From a virus, in the IMG/VR virus record IMGVR_UViG_3300049979_000188: DNA of 64,000 nucleotides, one strand, 5' to 3'. The position numbers were made by a program, and so were the translations under genes. Position 1 is the first letter of the stretch. Every line of letters starts with the position of its first letter. The notes under the pieces are model-generated. The model had not been told where the DNA came from, did no database searches, and was given only the letters and a program-made list of their open reading frames with translations. Below, in pieces: positions 27,426 to 36,728 of the stretch.

Positions 27426-28033
27426 TAGGCCTGAGTGGGGAAAAGGGTGGTCAAATCAGCCGCGATGTAATGGGCATTTTTAAGCACTTTCTTATCGAGC
27501 TTACGCAAAATAGCGGCCGGATACATCTCGGGAAAGAAAGGGGTACTCACCCACACTTCCACCCCTTCAGCGGCGTACTTGGCCAGCGTGTCACGCACTT
27601 CCTGCTCAGTGTGGCAAAATTTGCTCATATTGCTGGCCTGCACAATGGCAAAGCCGGGGTAAAAGGCGTCCTGCAGACCGCAAGCGAGTACCGTTCCGTC
27701 CTGGACGTAGCGCTGGTCAATACAGGCATCGAGCAACGCAATGGGGTCGTAGGCGTCCGTGTCTTTACTGGTAATAATACCACCTTCGTAGAACTTACCG
27801 TACTTGTAGTCGGCGACGTGCTTCAAGCCGGCTTTCTCGGCCAGCATACCGGAAAAGGTCCCCTCCAGGCCCATTGCCTGGGCTTTTTCAAAAAGCTCTT
27901 CGAGCTCCAGCGAAAGACGCAGCAGTAAGGTTTCCCGCGCGGGCTGCGTGGGTTCGGTCGGGACGTGCTGACCAGCAGTGGTCATAAACAGGCGCACCTG
28001 CTCAAGGGTATCGGGGACAGTTTGTATCGTCAT
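27425..28033 (-). CDS. MazG-like all-alpha NTP pyrophosphohydrolase
   Basis: V..FM...GQ, LRLSLELEELFE, LLDACID.RYV.DG, IVQASNMSK. Confidence 0.82.
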   Translation of the reverse strand: MTIQTVPDTLEQVRLFMTTAGQHVPTEPTQPARETLLLRLSLELEELFEKAQAMGLEGTFSGMLAEKAGLKHVADYKYGKFYEGGIITSKDTDAYDPIALLDACIDQRYVQDGTVLACGLQDAFYPGFAIVQASNMSKFCHTEQEVRDTLAKYAAEGVEVWVSTPFFPEMYPAAILRKLDKKVLKNAHYIAADLTTLFPTQA

Positions 28034-28106
28034 AGGTAGGTTTACGAAGTAAAAAATACGCGCGTTACCTGGGCCTGGTAAAACTTACCAGGCCCAGGTA
28101 ACGCGG

Positions 28107-28625
28107 CTACTGCGTGTCAGCCGCAATCAGGCAAAGGGCAACGGTGCCGGCCGCGGCCGAAAGCGCCAGCTGCAGGTCCAGGCCAGCCTGGCGGAGCTTA
28201 GCCTGCTGAAAGTGCTCAGGTTTGAGGGCATTGGCTTGGTCGAGGACCTGACTAACCAAGGTATGGAGCTCCCGTAGATGAGCGCCCGCCGCCAGGGGTT
28301 GCTGAGCTTGAGTTTCTCGTTGAGGTAACAAGCCAAGTTGTTGTTCCAACCGGGCGTTGTCCTGGGGTAGGTGATAAACGTTCTCAGGTGCCCAGCCGCC
28401 AAAACCGCTTTCACCGCGAACAAGGATTTCATATATTTTCGTGCCTGGTATCACAACCAGGGCCATATCTGTCCAGGACGTGAGTTGCATCATACGACCG
28501 GGGGTACCGCGGGTATAGCCATTAGCGTGAAGGCGGTTCTGTAAAGTTGCCGTCTGAGCCACCTGTTTTGACTGTACTATTAAGAGCATGGGGGCTACAT
28601 GCTTGAGTAGGGTTGCAGTGTCCAT
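28107..28625 (-). CDS. Hypothetical protein
   Basis: 172-aa ORF. Confidence 0.6.
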   Translation of the reverse strand: MDTATLLKHVAPMLLIVQSKQVAQTATLQNRLHANGYTRGTPGRMMQLTSWTDMALVVIPGTKIYEILVRGESGFGGWAPENVYHLPQDNARLEQQLGLLPQRETQAQQPLAAGAHLRELHTLVSQVLDQANALKPEHFQQAKLRQAGLDLQLALSAAAGTVALCLIAADTQ

Positions 28626-28651
28626 TGATAAAAGGTTAAGTTGATACGTAC

Positions 28652-29836
28652 CTAAACAAGCGGCTCATCAACGGAGCCGGGTAGGGGGGTAGCCAGCATG
28701 AGGGCGCGCTTAGCGGCCTGCTTGGCCTGAATGCGGGCGCGCACCTCGGGTTGCTCGCAGCGGCGCTGCTCCGTATCACCGGCCTGGGCCATGTCAAGGC
28801 CACGCGCGTGGCAGAGCGCAGCCAGGGTAACGAGCGTGCCGCCCACCTCCTGGTGAAACTCCCCGATGGGCCGGCCAAAGACGTAGTCGACGAGCTTGAG
28901 TACGTCTTGCTTGCTCGTGCCGTTGGCCTGCAGCAACTCAATAGCTTCTTCCCCAAAGCGGAAGCCTCGCTCCTGGTAGTCCTCTGACACATCGGGCCCA
29001 AACGTTTCCTGCATCCAGGCCCCAACTCGGGCTTGGAAACCTGGCTCAGATGCTGTCTGCTCGCTGACTAGCTCCGGTATAGTGGCTGCCCTGGCCAGGG
29101 TGGCGTGCAGCGAGAGGGCCTTGTCACGAACGTAGTCGCAGCAGTGGGCTTCGAGCAAATCCTGGTCAGTCCAGGTCTTAATTTCTTCTTCCATCAAAGC
29201 GTCCATCACCGGCCAGAGCCAGCGCATGGTAGCCGCAAGCGTGTGGGCCGTGATGGTACCCAGCGGCAGTTGCGCAGGAGATACTTGGTCTGAAGGCGAG
29301 CGCTCGCGCTTGGTATAAATGGGCTGCCAGTTCTCGGCCGGTGTATTGTCCATTCCACCCGGCACGATGCCGTAAGGCCCCAGCCAGCCAATCTGCACCA
29401 ACTCACTCGGGCGGGCCGTGGTCTGGCGACTTTCCTTACGCAGCCTGACCGCGGTGAGCGCTTGCTGCAGCAGCGAAATCTCGGTAAGGGCCGTGGTGAG
29501 CGCTTGCCGCAGCAGCGAAATCTCGGTAAGGGCCGTGGAAGCTTTCTCACGGGAGATACTACCGGGCTCGGCGTTATGCAAGTAACGCTGATTAGTTGCC
29601 CAGCGCGAGTCAAGCCGGTGCTGCATGGCCATGAAAAGGGTGTCCTCGACGAGCGGGCCGCTCAGGCTGGCCGAGAGTTCGTAGCCCGCCTTAAAGCAAG
29701 CCCAGGCCAGCGAGCCCTCGCTGGTGTACTGCAAGTCGTCGGTGGCCCAGCGTTCGGCTGTACAGGCGGCACTATATGCCGCGCGCATTTCCTCGTCCGT
29801 ATGACGCAGACGGGCAGGGGGAGTCAGGTGTTCCAT
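28652..29836 (-). CDS. Multidomain protein with C-terminal MazG-like domain
   Basis: C-terminal FQARVGAWM..TFG...ERGFRFGEEAIELLQA...GE.HQEVGGTLVTLAALC; internal 42-bp tandem duplication 29453-29536. Confidence 0.65.
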   Translation of the reverse strand: MEHLTPPARLRHTDEEMRAAYSAACTAERWATDDLQYTSEGSLAWACFKAGYELSASLSGPLVEDTLFMAMQHRLDSRWATNQRYLHNAEPGSISREKASTALTEISLLRQALTTALTEISLLQQALTAVRLRKESRQTTARPSELVQIGWLGPYGIVPGGMDNTPAENWQPIYTKRERSPSDQVSPAQLPLGTITAHTLAATMRWLWPVMDALMEEEIKTWTDQDLLEAHCCDYVRDKALSLHATLARAATIPELVSEQTASEPGFQARVGAWMQETFGPDVSEDYQERGFRFGEEAIELLQANGTSKQDVLKLVDYVFGRPIGEFHQEVGGTLVTLAALCHARGLDMAQAGDTEQRRCEQPEVRARIQAKQAAKRALMLATPLPGSVDEPLV

Positions 29837-29847
29837 AAGGAGGGTAG

Positions 29848-30327
29848 TTAGTGATTGCTTTCCGGGTCGGATTCTTCTTCGGGTCGGAACCAGTAACCGG
29901 GGCGCTCGGTAAGACCCAGGCGGGAGGCAATGGCGTAATACCCGTCCTGGAAGAAGTGGTTGTTCTCGCGCTTGGCATGAAGGTCGAGCGTTTCAAGCGG
30001 GGCGGTCGCAAACTCAATCTGCGACCAGCTCAGCACCGGCTTATCAGGGCTCGTGGTCAACTCCACGACGGGTTTTCCGCCCTCCGGACTCAGGGTAGAG
30101 TTGACCACCGAGGCGTGGTCGTCAATCCAGACCATGGACTTTACCAGCAGGGGCGGCGTGTCGATGCCCCGGTTCGAGGCGGCTTGCTGAAGCAAAGCTT
30201 TTTGCATGACCAGGTGGCCCAGGAAGAGTTTGAGGTCACGGGCCAGGCGTACGAAGTTTTCTTCAGTGGCCAGATTAGCCAGGTCCTGCATGGTGGCCAC
30301 TTCGTGGCGAGGGGCAGCTGTTGCCAT
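29848..30327 (-). CDS. Hypothetical protein
   Basis: 159-aa ORF. Confidence 0.6.
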   Translation of the reverse strand: MATAAPRHEVATMQDLANLATEENFVRLARDLKLFLGHLVMQKALLQQAASNRGIDTPPLLVKSMVWIDDHASVVNSTLSPEGGKPVVELTTSPDKPVLSWSQIEFATAPLETLDLHAKRENNHFFQDGYYAIASRLGLTERPGYWFRPEEESDPESNH

Positions 30328-30333
30328 CGTAAG

Positions 30334-30543
30334 CTAAGGGGTTAAGTCCGTGCCGGGTGCACAGGGGGAGGGGGGAGTAGTAAAGCGGTAGCTTCGGCAG
30401 AAGCGAAGCACTTCCAGGCATTCCGGGCAAGTGACCTTGGCGCTGGTCAAGGGCCCCGTCATATCATCGAGGAAGCCGCAGAGCGTGGCCAGGCCGCGGG
30501 CTGGGGTAACGATGTGTACTTGGCGAGCGATACGCATATTCAT
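30334..30543 (-). CDS. Small putative zinc-binding protein
   Basis: H....LCG....VTCPEC. Confidence 0.55.
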   Translation of the reverse strand: MNMRIARQVHIVTPARGLATLCGFLDDMTGPLTSAKVTCPECLEVLRFCRSYRFTTPPSPCAPGTDLTP

Positions 30544-30548
30544 CGGCC

Positions 30549-31097
30549 TTACTCCTTACGCTCGTAGTCGATTCCTTCTAGCAGCGTTCGCCCGTGGGAG
30601 GGCAGGGCAAATTCATTGGCTCGCAAGTAATCGAAGATGGCCACCTGGTTGCGAATGGGCGCGGGTTGCATGCGGCGCTCACCTTCCGTGGCCGTTAAGT
30701 CGAACGTGTGGGGGTTCACACTCAGGCGCAGGCGAAATCCGCGGCTACGCATCGAGCAGCTATAGCCATCAGCTTCCACTTCGAAGCCTTTGGTCATGAA
30801 CGTGAGCTCGGCGATGTGGCAAAGCGGAATGACGCCGTTCTCCAAGGGCTGGGCCAGCTGGTCGGCGGAACGCAGACGGGGTAAGAGCGCCATCAAGGCC
30901 AGCGAGCCATTGAAGACGGACTGCGCGCTGTAGTAAACGTAGTCGCGGCTCACATCCAGGTGCAGGGCCGTCAGGGGGAAACGTTTTCCTTCCTCATTTT
31001 GCAGCTCCACGCCAGTCAGCAGGTACGGGGCCAGGACACTGGCCAGAATGGAGCCCGTATTGTTTGAACCGGTCAGACGTTTTCCGTTTACTAGCAT
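30549..31097 (-). CDS. Hypothetical protein
   Basis: 182-aa ORF. Confidence 0.6.
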   Translation of the reverse strand: MLVNGKRLTGSNNTGSILASVLAPYLLTGVELQNEEGKRFPLTALHLDVSRDYVYYSAQSVFNGSLALMALLPRLRSADQLAQPLENGVIPLCHIAELTFMTKGFEVEADGYSCSMRSRGFRLRLSVNPHTFDLTATEGERRMQPAPIRNQVAIFDYLRANEFALPSHGRTLLEGIDYERKE

Positions 31098-31112
31098 AAG
31101 GGGGAGGGCGTA

Positions 31113-31604
31113 CTAAAAAGGTAAATCGTTGGCGCCGCTGCGGGCATTGTAGTCGGCTTCCAGGCTGCGGATACCCTGCATGAGCTGGTTCCACCAGTAG
31201 GTGAGGTCCGCATGACCCAGGTAAGCCGCCGGAATACCGCTTACCTGCTGGGCCAGCTGCTTGAAGTGCTTGTTGACTTCCATGAGCTGGTCCAGGCTCT
31301 GCTCCAGCTGCAAGTCGATAGTGGGCGCGTTTACCCACGGGTCGTCGCCAAACTCAAAATCTGTCAACAGCGCCGGGTATTGCTCGGGTAGGTTAAAAAC
31401 GCGCAAATCCACAGAGGGGCGCAGCTCATAGCGACCAGCCGGCAGCACGGCGTAGGTGCCCTCGTCGTAGTTGAGGAGCAGTACATTGTGCTCAGTCCAC
31501 GGCTCACGCAGGGGAATGGAAGGCAGGCAGCCGGCTCGACGCAGGTTGTAGAGTACCGCCTGGCGGTCGATTTCCGAGGGTGCCTTGAGAATGATAATGG
31601 CCAT
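31113..31604 (-). CDS. Hypothetical protein
   Basis: 163-aa ORF. Confidence 0.6.
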   Translation of the reverse strand: MAIIILKAPSEIDRQAVLYNLRRAGCLPSIPLREPWTEHNVLLLNYDEGTYAVLPAGRYELRPSVDLRVFNLPEQYPALLTDFEFGDDPWVNAPTIDLQLEQSLDQLMEVNKHFKQLAQQVSGIPAAYLGHADLTYWWNQLMQGIRSLEADYNARSGANDLPF

Positions 31605-31677
31605 ACTGTTCTTTATTCAGCTAAGGTGAAAGCTTCGTGGAAGTCAAAGATGTCGGTTGCCATACGAGGACAGTAGG

Positions 31678-32142
31678 CTACGCCGCGGGCCAGATAAGAG
31701 CCCCAATCTTTTGCGCTTTCTCGGTATGGCCGAGCTCTTTGGCAGAAGTGGCCTCGTAGACCAACACCGCCGTTAGCTCGTAGAGGGCCGCGTGAACCTC
31801 TACGTTAAAGGGATGCGTACCCTGAAAAAGAAAGAGGGCGTTATGCGCCAGCAGTAACGGCTCCCAGAGCGGATACTCGGGATGGAAACCTTGGCGGAAC
31901 ACTAACTCCAACTCCTGGAGTACTGCCGCCAGCTCACTTTCCAACGCCGTCCCACAATTAGTATAGGCTACACCCAATGCCTTTACGACAAGCGGCAGAC
32001 ACTCCTTCAGGCCGGGGGCCGCGTAGAGCATAGCCCGCGCATCCTGGATGAGTAGATTGGCCACGTAATAGTCACCGAGCCGATTAGCCCGCGTAGCCTC
32101 TTCGAGCTTTTCGAGGAGGGCTTGTTTTTTATCTTCCGTCAT
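31678..32142 (-). CDS. Hypothetical helical protein
   Basis: Start moved to MTEDKK. Confidence 0.6.
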   Translation of the reverse strand: MTEDKKQALLEKLEEATRANRLGDYYVANLLIQDARAMLYAAPGLKECLPLVVKALGVAYTNCGTALESELAAVLQELELVFRQGFHPEYPLWEPLLLAHNALFLFQGTHPFNVEVHAALYELTAVLVYEATSAKELGHTEKAQKIGALIWPAA

Positions 32143-32152
32143 GGTAAGAAGG

Positions 32153-32782
32153 TTAGTAAGGTACGTATTGCGTTTCTTGCAGGCCCAGGGCCACATGCGC
32201 AGCCAGCAGCTGCTTACCCACATAAGCAAGCACGCCTGGCCGGTTACCCGGTCCCATGTGCAAAATCCCCGTCTCGGTCAAGTTAAACCAATAGGCTTGC
32301 TGCTGGTAGGCGTAAACCCCATCAATACCTTCTTCCTGCTCGGAGGTGGTGAGATACTCCGTATCAGCGGCCGGCGCATACGCACTACCCTTGGCCATTG
32401 TACCCAGAATAGCCCGCAGCGTAGACTCGCCTTCCATAGTACACAACCACCCAAACGGATGCAGCACCGGGGTGCACTGATGAAAAGCGTAGGAGAGATG
32501 TACCCCCGAGTCAAACAAAAATTCCCCGTCCTGCCAGCCAATCACCGCCACCTGCAAGTTATCAGGCGTCTGAACCAGTAAGCCATACGGCAGGTAGGGG
32601 GCAGCTACTTCAAAGACGGAAGTAGCTGAAACGTTAGCAGGAGGACTCATAAGGGGAGTAGGCGTGGGAGTAACGTAGAGCCAGCGAATGTAGACAATGA
32701 CGTACGCCACCACTAAGGGAATGCCCAGTGCTAGTATAGTAGCTGGGTAGTGGTGATGCAGAAAAGACCAGAGTGAATCCAC
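32153..32782 (-). CDS. Hypothetical protein with N-terminal TM anchor
   Basis: ILALGIPLVVAYVIVYIRWLYV. Confidence 0.6.
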   Translation of the reverse strand: MDSLWSFLHHHYPATILALGIPLVVAYVIVYIRWLYVTPTPTPLMSPPANVSATSVFEVAAPYLPYGLLVQTPDNLQVAVIGWQDGEFLFDSGVHLSYAFHQCTPVLHPFGWLCTMEGESTLRAILGTMAKGSAYAPAADTEYLTTSEQEEGIDGVYAYQQQAYWFNLTETGILHMGPGNRPGVLAYVGKQLLAAHVALGLQETQYVPY

Positions 32783-33278
32783 GGAGAAGAAGTACCCCTA
32801 AAAGTCCAAAAAATAACAGTACTATTTTCCCTAAGGAAACAGGGTTGTACCCAAGGGCTTCCTAACGGGGAACCGCATGTACCTTTATACCCTTTTAGAC
32901 AGTAGCTAAAATGCGCCCTGCCGCTAGCAAGAGACGGTAAATGAGTGCGGGGGCGTAAAAAGCAAGTACACCCTACCCCCCTATGTTGGGAAACATTGTT
33001 AGCCACCTGGTAGGGAATGGCTGCGTAGGGTAAACCGGGAGAGGAGAGAGTAGTACAGGGGGTGTGTAGTCCCCACATCCCCCCAATTTGTACGCAAATT
33101 TTTTTCTGGCGAATTACGCGGCCAGTATACTGGCTTACGGCGGGACAGGACCAAGCATGAGAAAAAGAGAAAAGTATGCACTACCTAAAAAAAAGCCTGC
33201 GTCTTCCACGCGGGAAATAAAAGGACACCGGGTCACAGGATGCCAGAAGACGCAAGAGCAGGGTAGGGCTGGAGAGAA

Positions 33279-33461
33279 TCAACGAAGGCTACGAAGGCCC
33301 GTATAAGCCATGACGATATTGAGCAGCATCGAGCCGAGCACGACTAAAAAGACGCTCTTCTCTTCGGGCTTCTGATAAAGCATTACCAGGGCCCAAACAG
33401 CCACTAGAGGGGAGGCCACCAGGTAGAAACGAAAGAAGAGACGGAAGTTGAAAGTCGGCAT
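33279..33461 (-). CDS. Small two-TM membrane protein
   Basis: 60 aa, first gene after promoter 33490-33517. Confidence 0.6.
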   Translation of the reverse strand: MPTFNFRLFFRFYLVASPLVAVWALVMLYQKPEEKSVFLVVLGSMLLNIVMAYTGLRSLR

Positions 33462-33729
33462 GGGGAAGGCCTGGTAAGGATACCCCTAGTTTACGGAGAA
33501 CCCAGGCCCGGTGTTACCTGGACAGGGACATTCTTTTGGCAGGGCGTACTACCGGGATAGTAGGTTCTCTTTTTTGCAACATTCTCACTAACAATGTTTT
33601 CGACATTGTTGACTACTTTCTTCTATCGGGCTTTTTCCCGACATTGTTGGGGCTGGGTGGTAACGCCGGGCTGGGCGTACGCGTATACTGGGTGTGCCTG
33701 CCACGGGGGCGGCCGCTTGTTTACCTGTA

Positions 33730-34119
33730 ATGAAGAAACTACTGCTACTGGCGGCGCTGGCCGCTCTGGCCCTGGGCTCGTGTGACCAGCACGAGGGGCA
33801 GCGGCTCTACCAATTGGTCACACGTGAGGAGGTACTGAGTACTGATACGCTGACGCAGGCCAAGATTGCCCGCTTTATTACGGAGACGACGCGGGCGGCC
33901 TCGCAGCAGATGACGGGCGGCGACTACGAGGACCCGGAGGACGTCATTGCCCAGGCGCAGGCCACGGCCTATAAGCTCTACGCCCGGCCGGTCGTTATGC
34001 TGCAGGTGGGTGAGGGTAACTTCCAGCAGGACCTGGAGCCGGCAGGCCTCAACGCCTTTGACCGGGCGGCGTATGATTCGCTGCAGCACCGGCCCTTCGG
34101 CACGAGCATTTACCGGTAG
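33730..34119 (+). CDS. Lipoprotein
   Basis: MKKLLLLAALAALALGSC-DQHE: signal peptide II with lipobox; start moved to ATG 33730. Confidence 0.8.
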   Translation: MKKLLLLAALAALALGSCDQHEGQRLYQLVTREEVLSTDTLTQAKIARFITETTRAASQQMTGGDYEDPEDVIAQAQATAYKLYARPVVMLQVGEGNFQQDLEPAGLNAFDRAAYDSLQHRPFGTSIYR

Positions 34120-34133
34120 GGCCGGGTCTGGTT

Positions 34134-34391
34134 ATGAAGCGAACATTCTTTCACCCCACCCAGGCCCAGCTGGAGGTATTGGGCTTTAAGCGACAACCCA
34201 AGGCGGATACGGCTGACTGGGAGCAGGACTGGGTCTGGCCTCACGAGTACCGGCGCAACTACGACCAACGCATCTACCTCTACGAGGACGGGCGCGTTAA
34301 CATCGAAGACGACGAGGTATGCGTGTTCTCGGGTACGCTGCCCGATGAGACATTCTTTACCCAGCTACTGGAGGCCGTTGATTTCGCGTAA
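34134..34391 (+). CDS. Hypothetical protein
   Basis: 85-aa ORF; stop within -35 element. Confidence 0.65.
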   Translation: MKRTFFHPTQAQLEVLGFKRQPKADTADWEQDWVWPHEYRRNYDQRIYLYEDGRVNIEDDEVCVFSGTLPDETFFTQLLEAVDFA

Positions 34392-34514
34392 CGGCCGACA
34401 TTGTTTTCACGTAGACTACATTGTCTGCTAGAATGTTAGCTTACAACATTCTTTTACTGCTTCAACATTGTTGCGCCCCGACAATGTTTTCCCCACATTC
34501 TTTACCCCCTGACA

Positions 34515-35024
34515 ATGTCTCCGACGTCCCATTTCAGCGTGCTGGGTGCGCTGCTTACGCCCCAAACTAATGCGACTATCGAGCAAACCCTGGCCGAGAC
34601 GCGCGCGGCCTTGAGTGAACCGGCCGGACTCTACTTCGAGGGCCTGAGTCCCACGGGGCAGTACTACCTGGGTGTGCGCATCCAGGGGCGTACCATCAGT
34701 CAGCTCCTGGCCAGTCGCGGGGCACTGACGCATTTTCTACCGGTGCTCAGGCGCCAGTACCACGGTAACTACAGCCTGCTGGTTGACGTAGACTTGCTGG
34801 AGCAAGGCAGCCTTTCGGTGGAGTTTTTCCCCGACAGCGTGGCCAGTATCGTGTTGCACCAAGGGGAGAGCCATTTCCCGCAGGACACGTATGCCACGCT
34901 CGACGAGGCGCTCTATGCCTTACATCTTCAGTATGGGCAAGTAGGGGTTGTGCCAACCCCTATCGCGGTTCCGCAGCCTTCTTATCAAGGAAGCGGGCAA
35001 GCAGTGACCTCTCACACTCGTTAG
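34515..35024 (+). CDS. Hypothetical protein
   Basis: 169-aa ORF after promoter 34388. Confidence 0.65.
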   Translation: MSPTSHFSVLGALLTPQTNATIEQTLAETRAALSEPAGLYFEGLSPTGQYYLGVRIQGRTISQLLASRGALTHFLPVLRRQYHGNYSLLVDVDLLEQGSLSVEFFPDSVASIVLHQGESHFPQDTYATLDEALYALHLQYGQVGVVPTPIAVPQPSYQGSGQAVTSHTR

Positions 35025-35171
35025 CCTTTTACGTCAAGCACCCACGATAGGTTGCATTGCATTGGCTGCCATCGTCCTTTTTTATTTAGTAGGACCAAAT
35101 ACCTACCGGACGTAACGCCGGGCTCGGGGGAAACGTATACTGGGGGTCTTCACCATCCAGTATACGTTTTT

Positions 35172-35837
35172 ATGCGTACCAACACGTTGCTTGCCGGTGC
35201 CCTGGGCTTTATCTTAGGGCGGGCCACGGCCCCAGAAGTACCCGCCCCTTTGGGCTACTGGGACTATGACCCAGCCCTGGGCACCTCTCGCGGGGCGCTG
35301 GAAGGTCGCCAGGCGCACGCAAAGCCGGTGGTTTCGGAGCTTAGCTACAGTGCGCAGCGTTGCCACGACTGGGCACCCTTTGCCCCGAGCAGCGTGCATA
35401 ACTGGGCGCGGCGGGCGGATGGCACACCGTGGTTTCCGCGACTGGGTCGTCGCTGGCCCGATGGCCACCGGGCGGACTATCTCTACTACATTCCGGCCGG
35501 GGAGCTTATCTACTTCCGGCAGCCGGGTGAAGACCCGGTATGCCGGGAGGGCACTGGCTGGGTACTCGTGCAGGACATTCCCGGCTGGGGCTGGGAGGTA
35601 AGCGAGCCGCTGCTGGGAGACGACTTGCTGAGCGCCGTTAAGACCGTGCCCGAACCTTGGGGCCTGGACAAGGCCACGCGGGAACTGTGGGTGTGGGGTA
35701 GTAAGCATCCCATTGCCGTAACGGGCGAGGAGCTGGCCCCAGCGGGCTGGTGGGAGTCGATGCCGGAAGATGACCCGATTTACCTCTTGCAAACGCCCTG
35801 GGTGAATAGTCTGGGTTTTACACCTAGTGCCGCTTAA
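35172..35837 (+). CDS. Hypothetical protein with N-terminal hydrophobic segment
   Basis: Start moved to MRTNT after promoter 35112. Confidence 0.65.
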   Translation: MRTNTLLAGALGFILGRATAPEVPAPLGYWDYDPALGTSRGALEGRQAHAKPVVSELSYSAQRCHDWAPFAPSSVHNWARRADGTPWFPRLGRRWPDGHRADYLYYIPAGELIYFRQPGEDPVCREGTGWVLVQDIPGWGWEVSEPLLGDDLLSAVKTVPEPWGLDKATRELWVWGSKHPIAVTGEELAPAGWWESMPEDDPIYLLQTPWVNSLGFTPSAA

Positions 35838-35840
35838 TCC

Positions 35841-36038
35841 ATGAAAGACTACCAAAACCGACTACGCCTGTTCGTCACGTATGCGCTGCTACTGGCCATT
35901 GTACTCCTGTGCGGGCTACTGTGCTGGATGATTTATTGGCAGATGGCGGGTGAACCGATTAGCTATTTTGAGCTGGCTTTTATCAGCATCCTACTTGCTT
36001 TTGCTATGTGGCAGCAAACAGACCAAGTCTACAAGTAA
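35841..36038 (+). CDS. Small two-TM membrane protein
   Basis: 65 aa, two hydrophobic helices; stop within -35 element. Confidence 0.65.
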   Translation: MKDYQNRLRLFVTYALLLAIVLLCGLLCWMIYWQMAGEPISYFELAFISILLAFAMWQQTDQVYK

Positions 36039-36320
36039 CGCGGAGCCCTCGGTTTACGTATACTTCCTTCCTGATACCCCTTTCCCTTGGCCCACATTGT
36101 TCGGCCACCCAGAACAAGAATTTAACCCCCACATTGTATGTAAACGTCCCCGCTCGTAGGCGAAAGACTCTTTTCGAAGACACTCTTTGGCTGCACGTTT
36201 CTATATCCGCTAAAAGCCTGGTCCACACTATTCCGTAAAGAGGGGAATGTGGGCCAGGCTTTTTTGCGTATGAACCCCTACGATGAGTAACGCCGGGCTC
36301 GGAGAACGCGTAGACTAGGT

Positions 36321-36674
36321 ATGGATACTAACCTCTTCGATAACACGCACGTAGCCTTGGCTGAAGTCGGCACGAGGCGTGATGCGTTGCGCCGTAAAGC
36401 GCTTTTTCAGGTAACCATGCTCGTGAGTGAGCTGGCCCCTGCTACGCTTCAGTGCCAGCTCACGACCCCCGTAAAGGAGCTTGACCACGCGTTTACGGGT
36501 CTCTCCGTAACAGTTGGCCGTGATGGCCTCTACCTAACGGCCAATCTGGAATACGACGACCGCCCAAACTTTGCGTATCAGATTCCGGGCACTGAAATAG
36601 AAGATGCTGACCTGGCTCAGCTAACATTAGCCGTAAAACGGCAGCGGGCGGCTGAACTCGGTTTCTCTTTTTAA
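36321..36674 (+). CDS. Hypothetical protein (probably leaderless)
   Basis: ATG 6 nt below -10 of promoter 36287. Confidence 0.7.
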   Translation: MDTNLFDNTHVALAEVGTRRDALRRKALFQVTMLVSELAPATLQCQLTTPVKELDHAFTGLSVTVGRDGLYLTANLEYDDRPNFAYQIPGTEIEDADLAQLTLAVKRQRAAELGFSF

Positions 36675-36697
36675 GGTAACTTTTTTTACGCTGGCTC

Positions 36698-36728
36698 TTG
36701 GTATTGTCGGGAAGGTTGCCTAGCTTTG
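36698..36728 (+). promoter_or_regulatory. Bacteroidota housekeeping-type promoter upstream of sigma gene
   Basis: TTG (36698-36700)-N20-TAGCTTTG (36721-36728) matches the TTG/-33, TAnnTTTG/-7 consensus. Confidence 0.55.

Larger units (their letters stand above)
953..33517 (-). promoter_or_regulatory. Leftward GTAAC-N17-CGTA(A/T/G)A ECF-type promoter set (15 copies found by eye)
   Basis: Copies at 953-980, 2967-2994, 5905-5932 (CGTAAC), 7153-7180, 9696-9723, 10845-10872, 12085-12112, 13156-13183, 14978-15005, 17199-17226, 19363-19390, 22496-22523, 23205-23232, 28041-28068, 33490-33517; all point the same way as the downstream genes. Confidence 0.85.
33528..34518. repeat. Clustered ACATT(G/C)T / A(C/G)AATGT heptamer boxes (putative operators)
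   Basis: 5 copies in 33528-33647 and 8 copies in 34398-34518; dyad ACATTST-N5-ASAATGT at 33579-33597 and 34418-34436. Confidence 0.75.
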
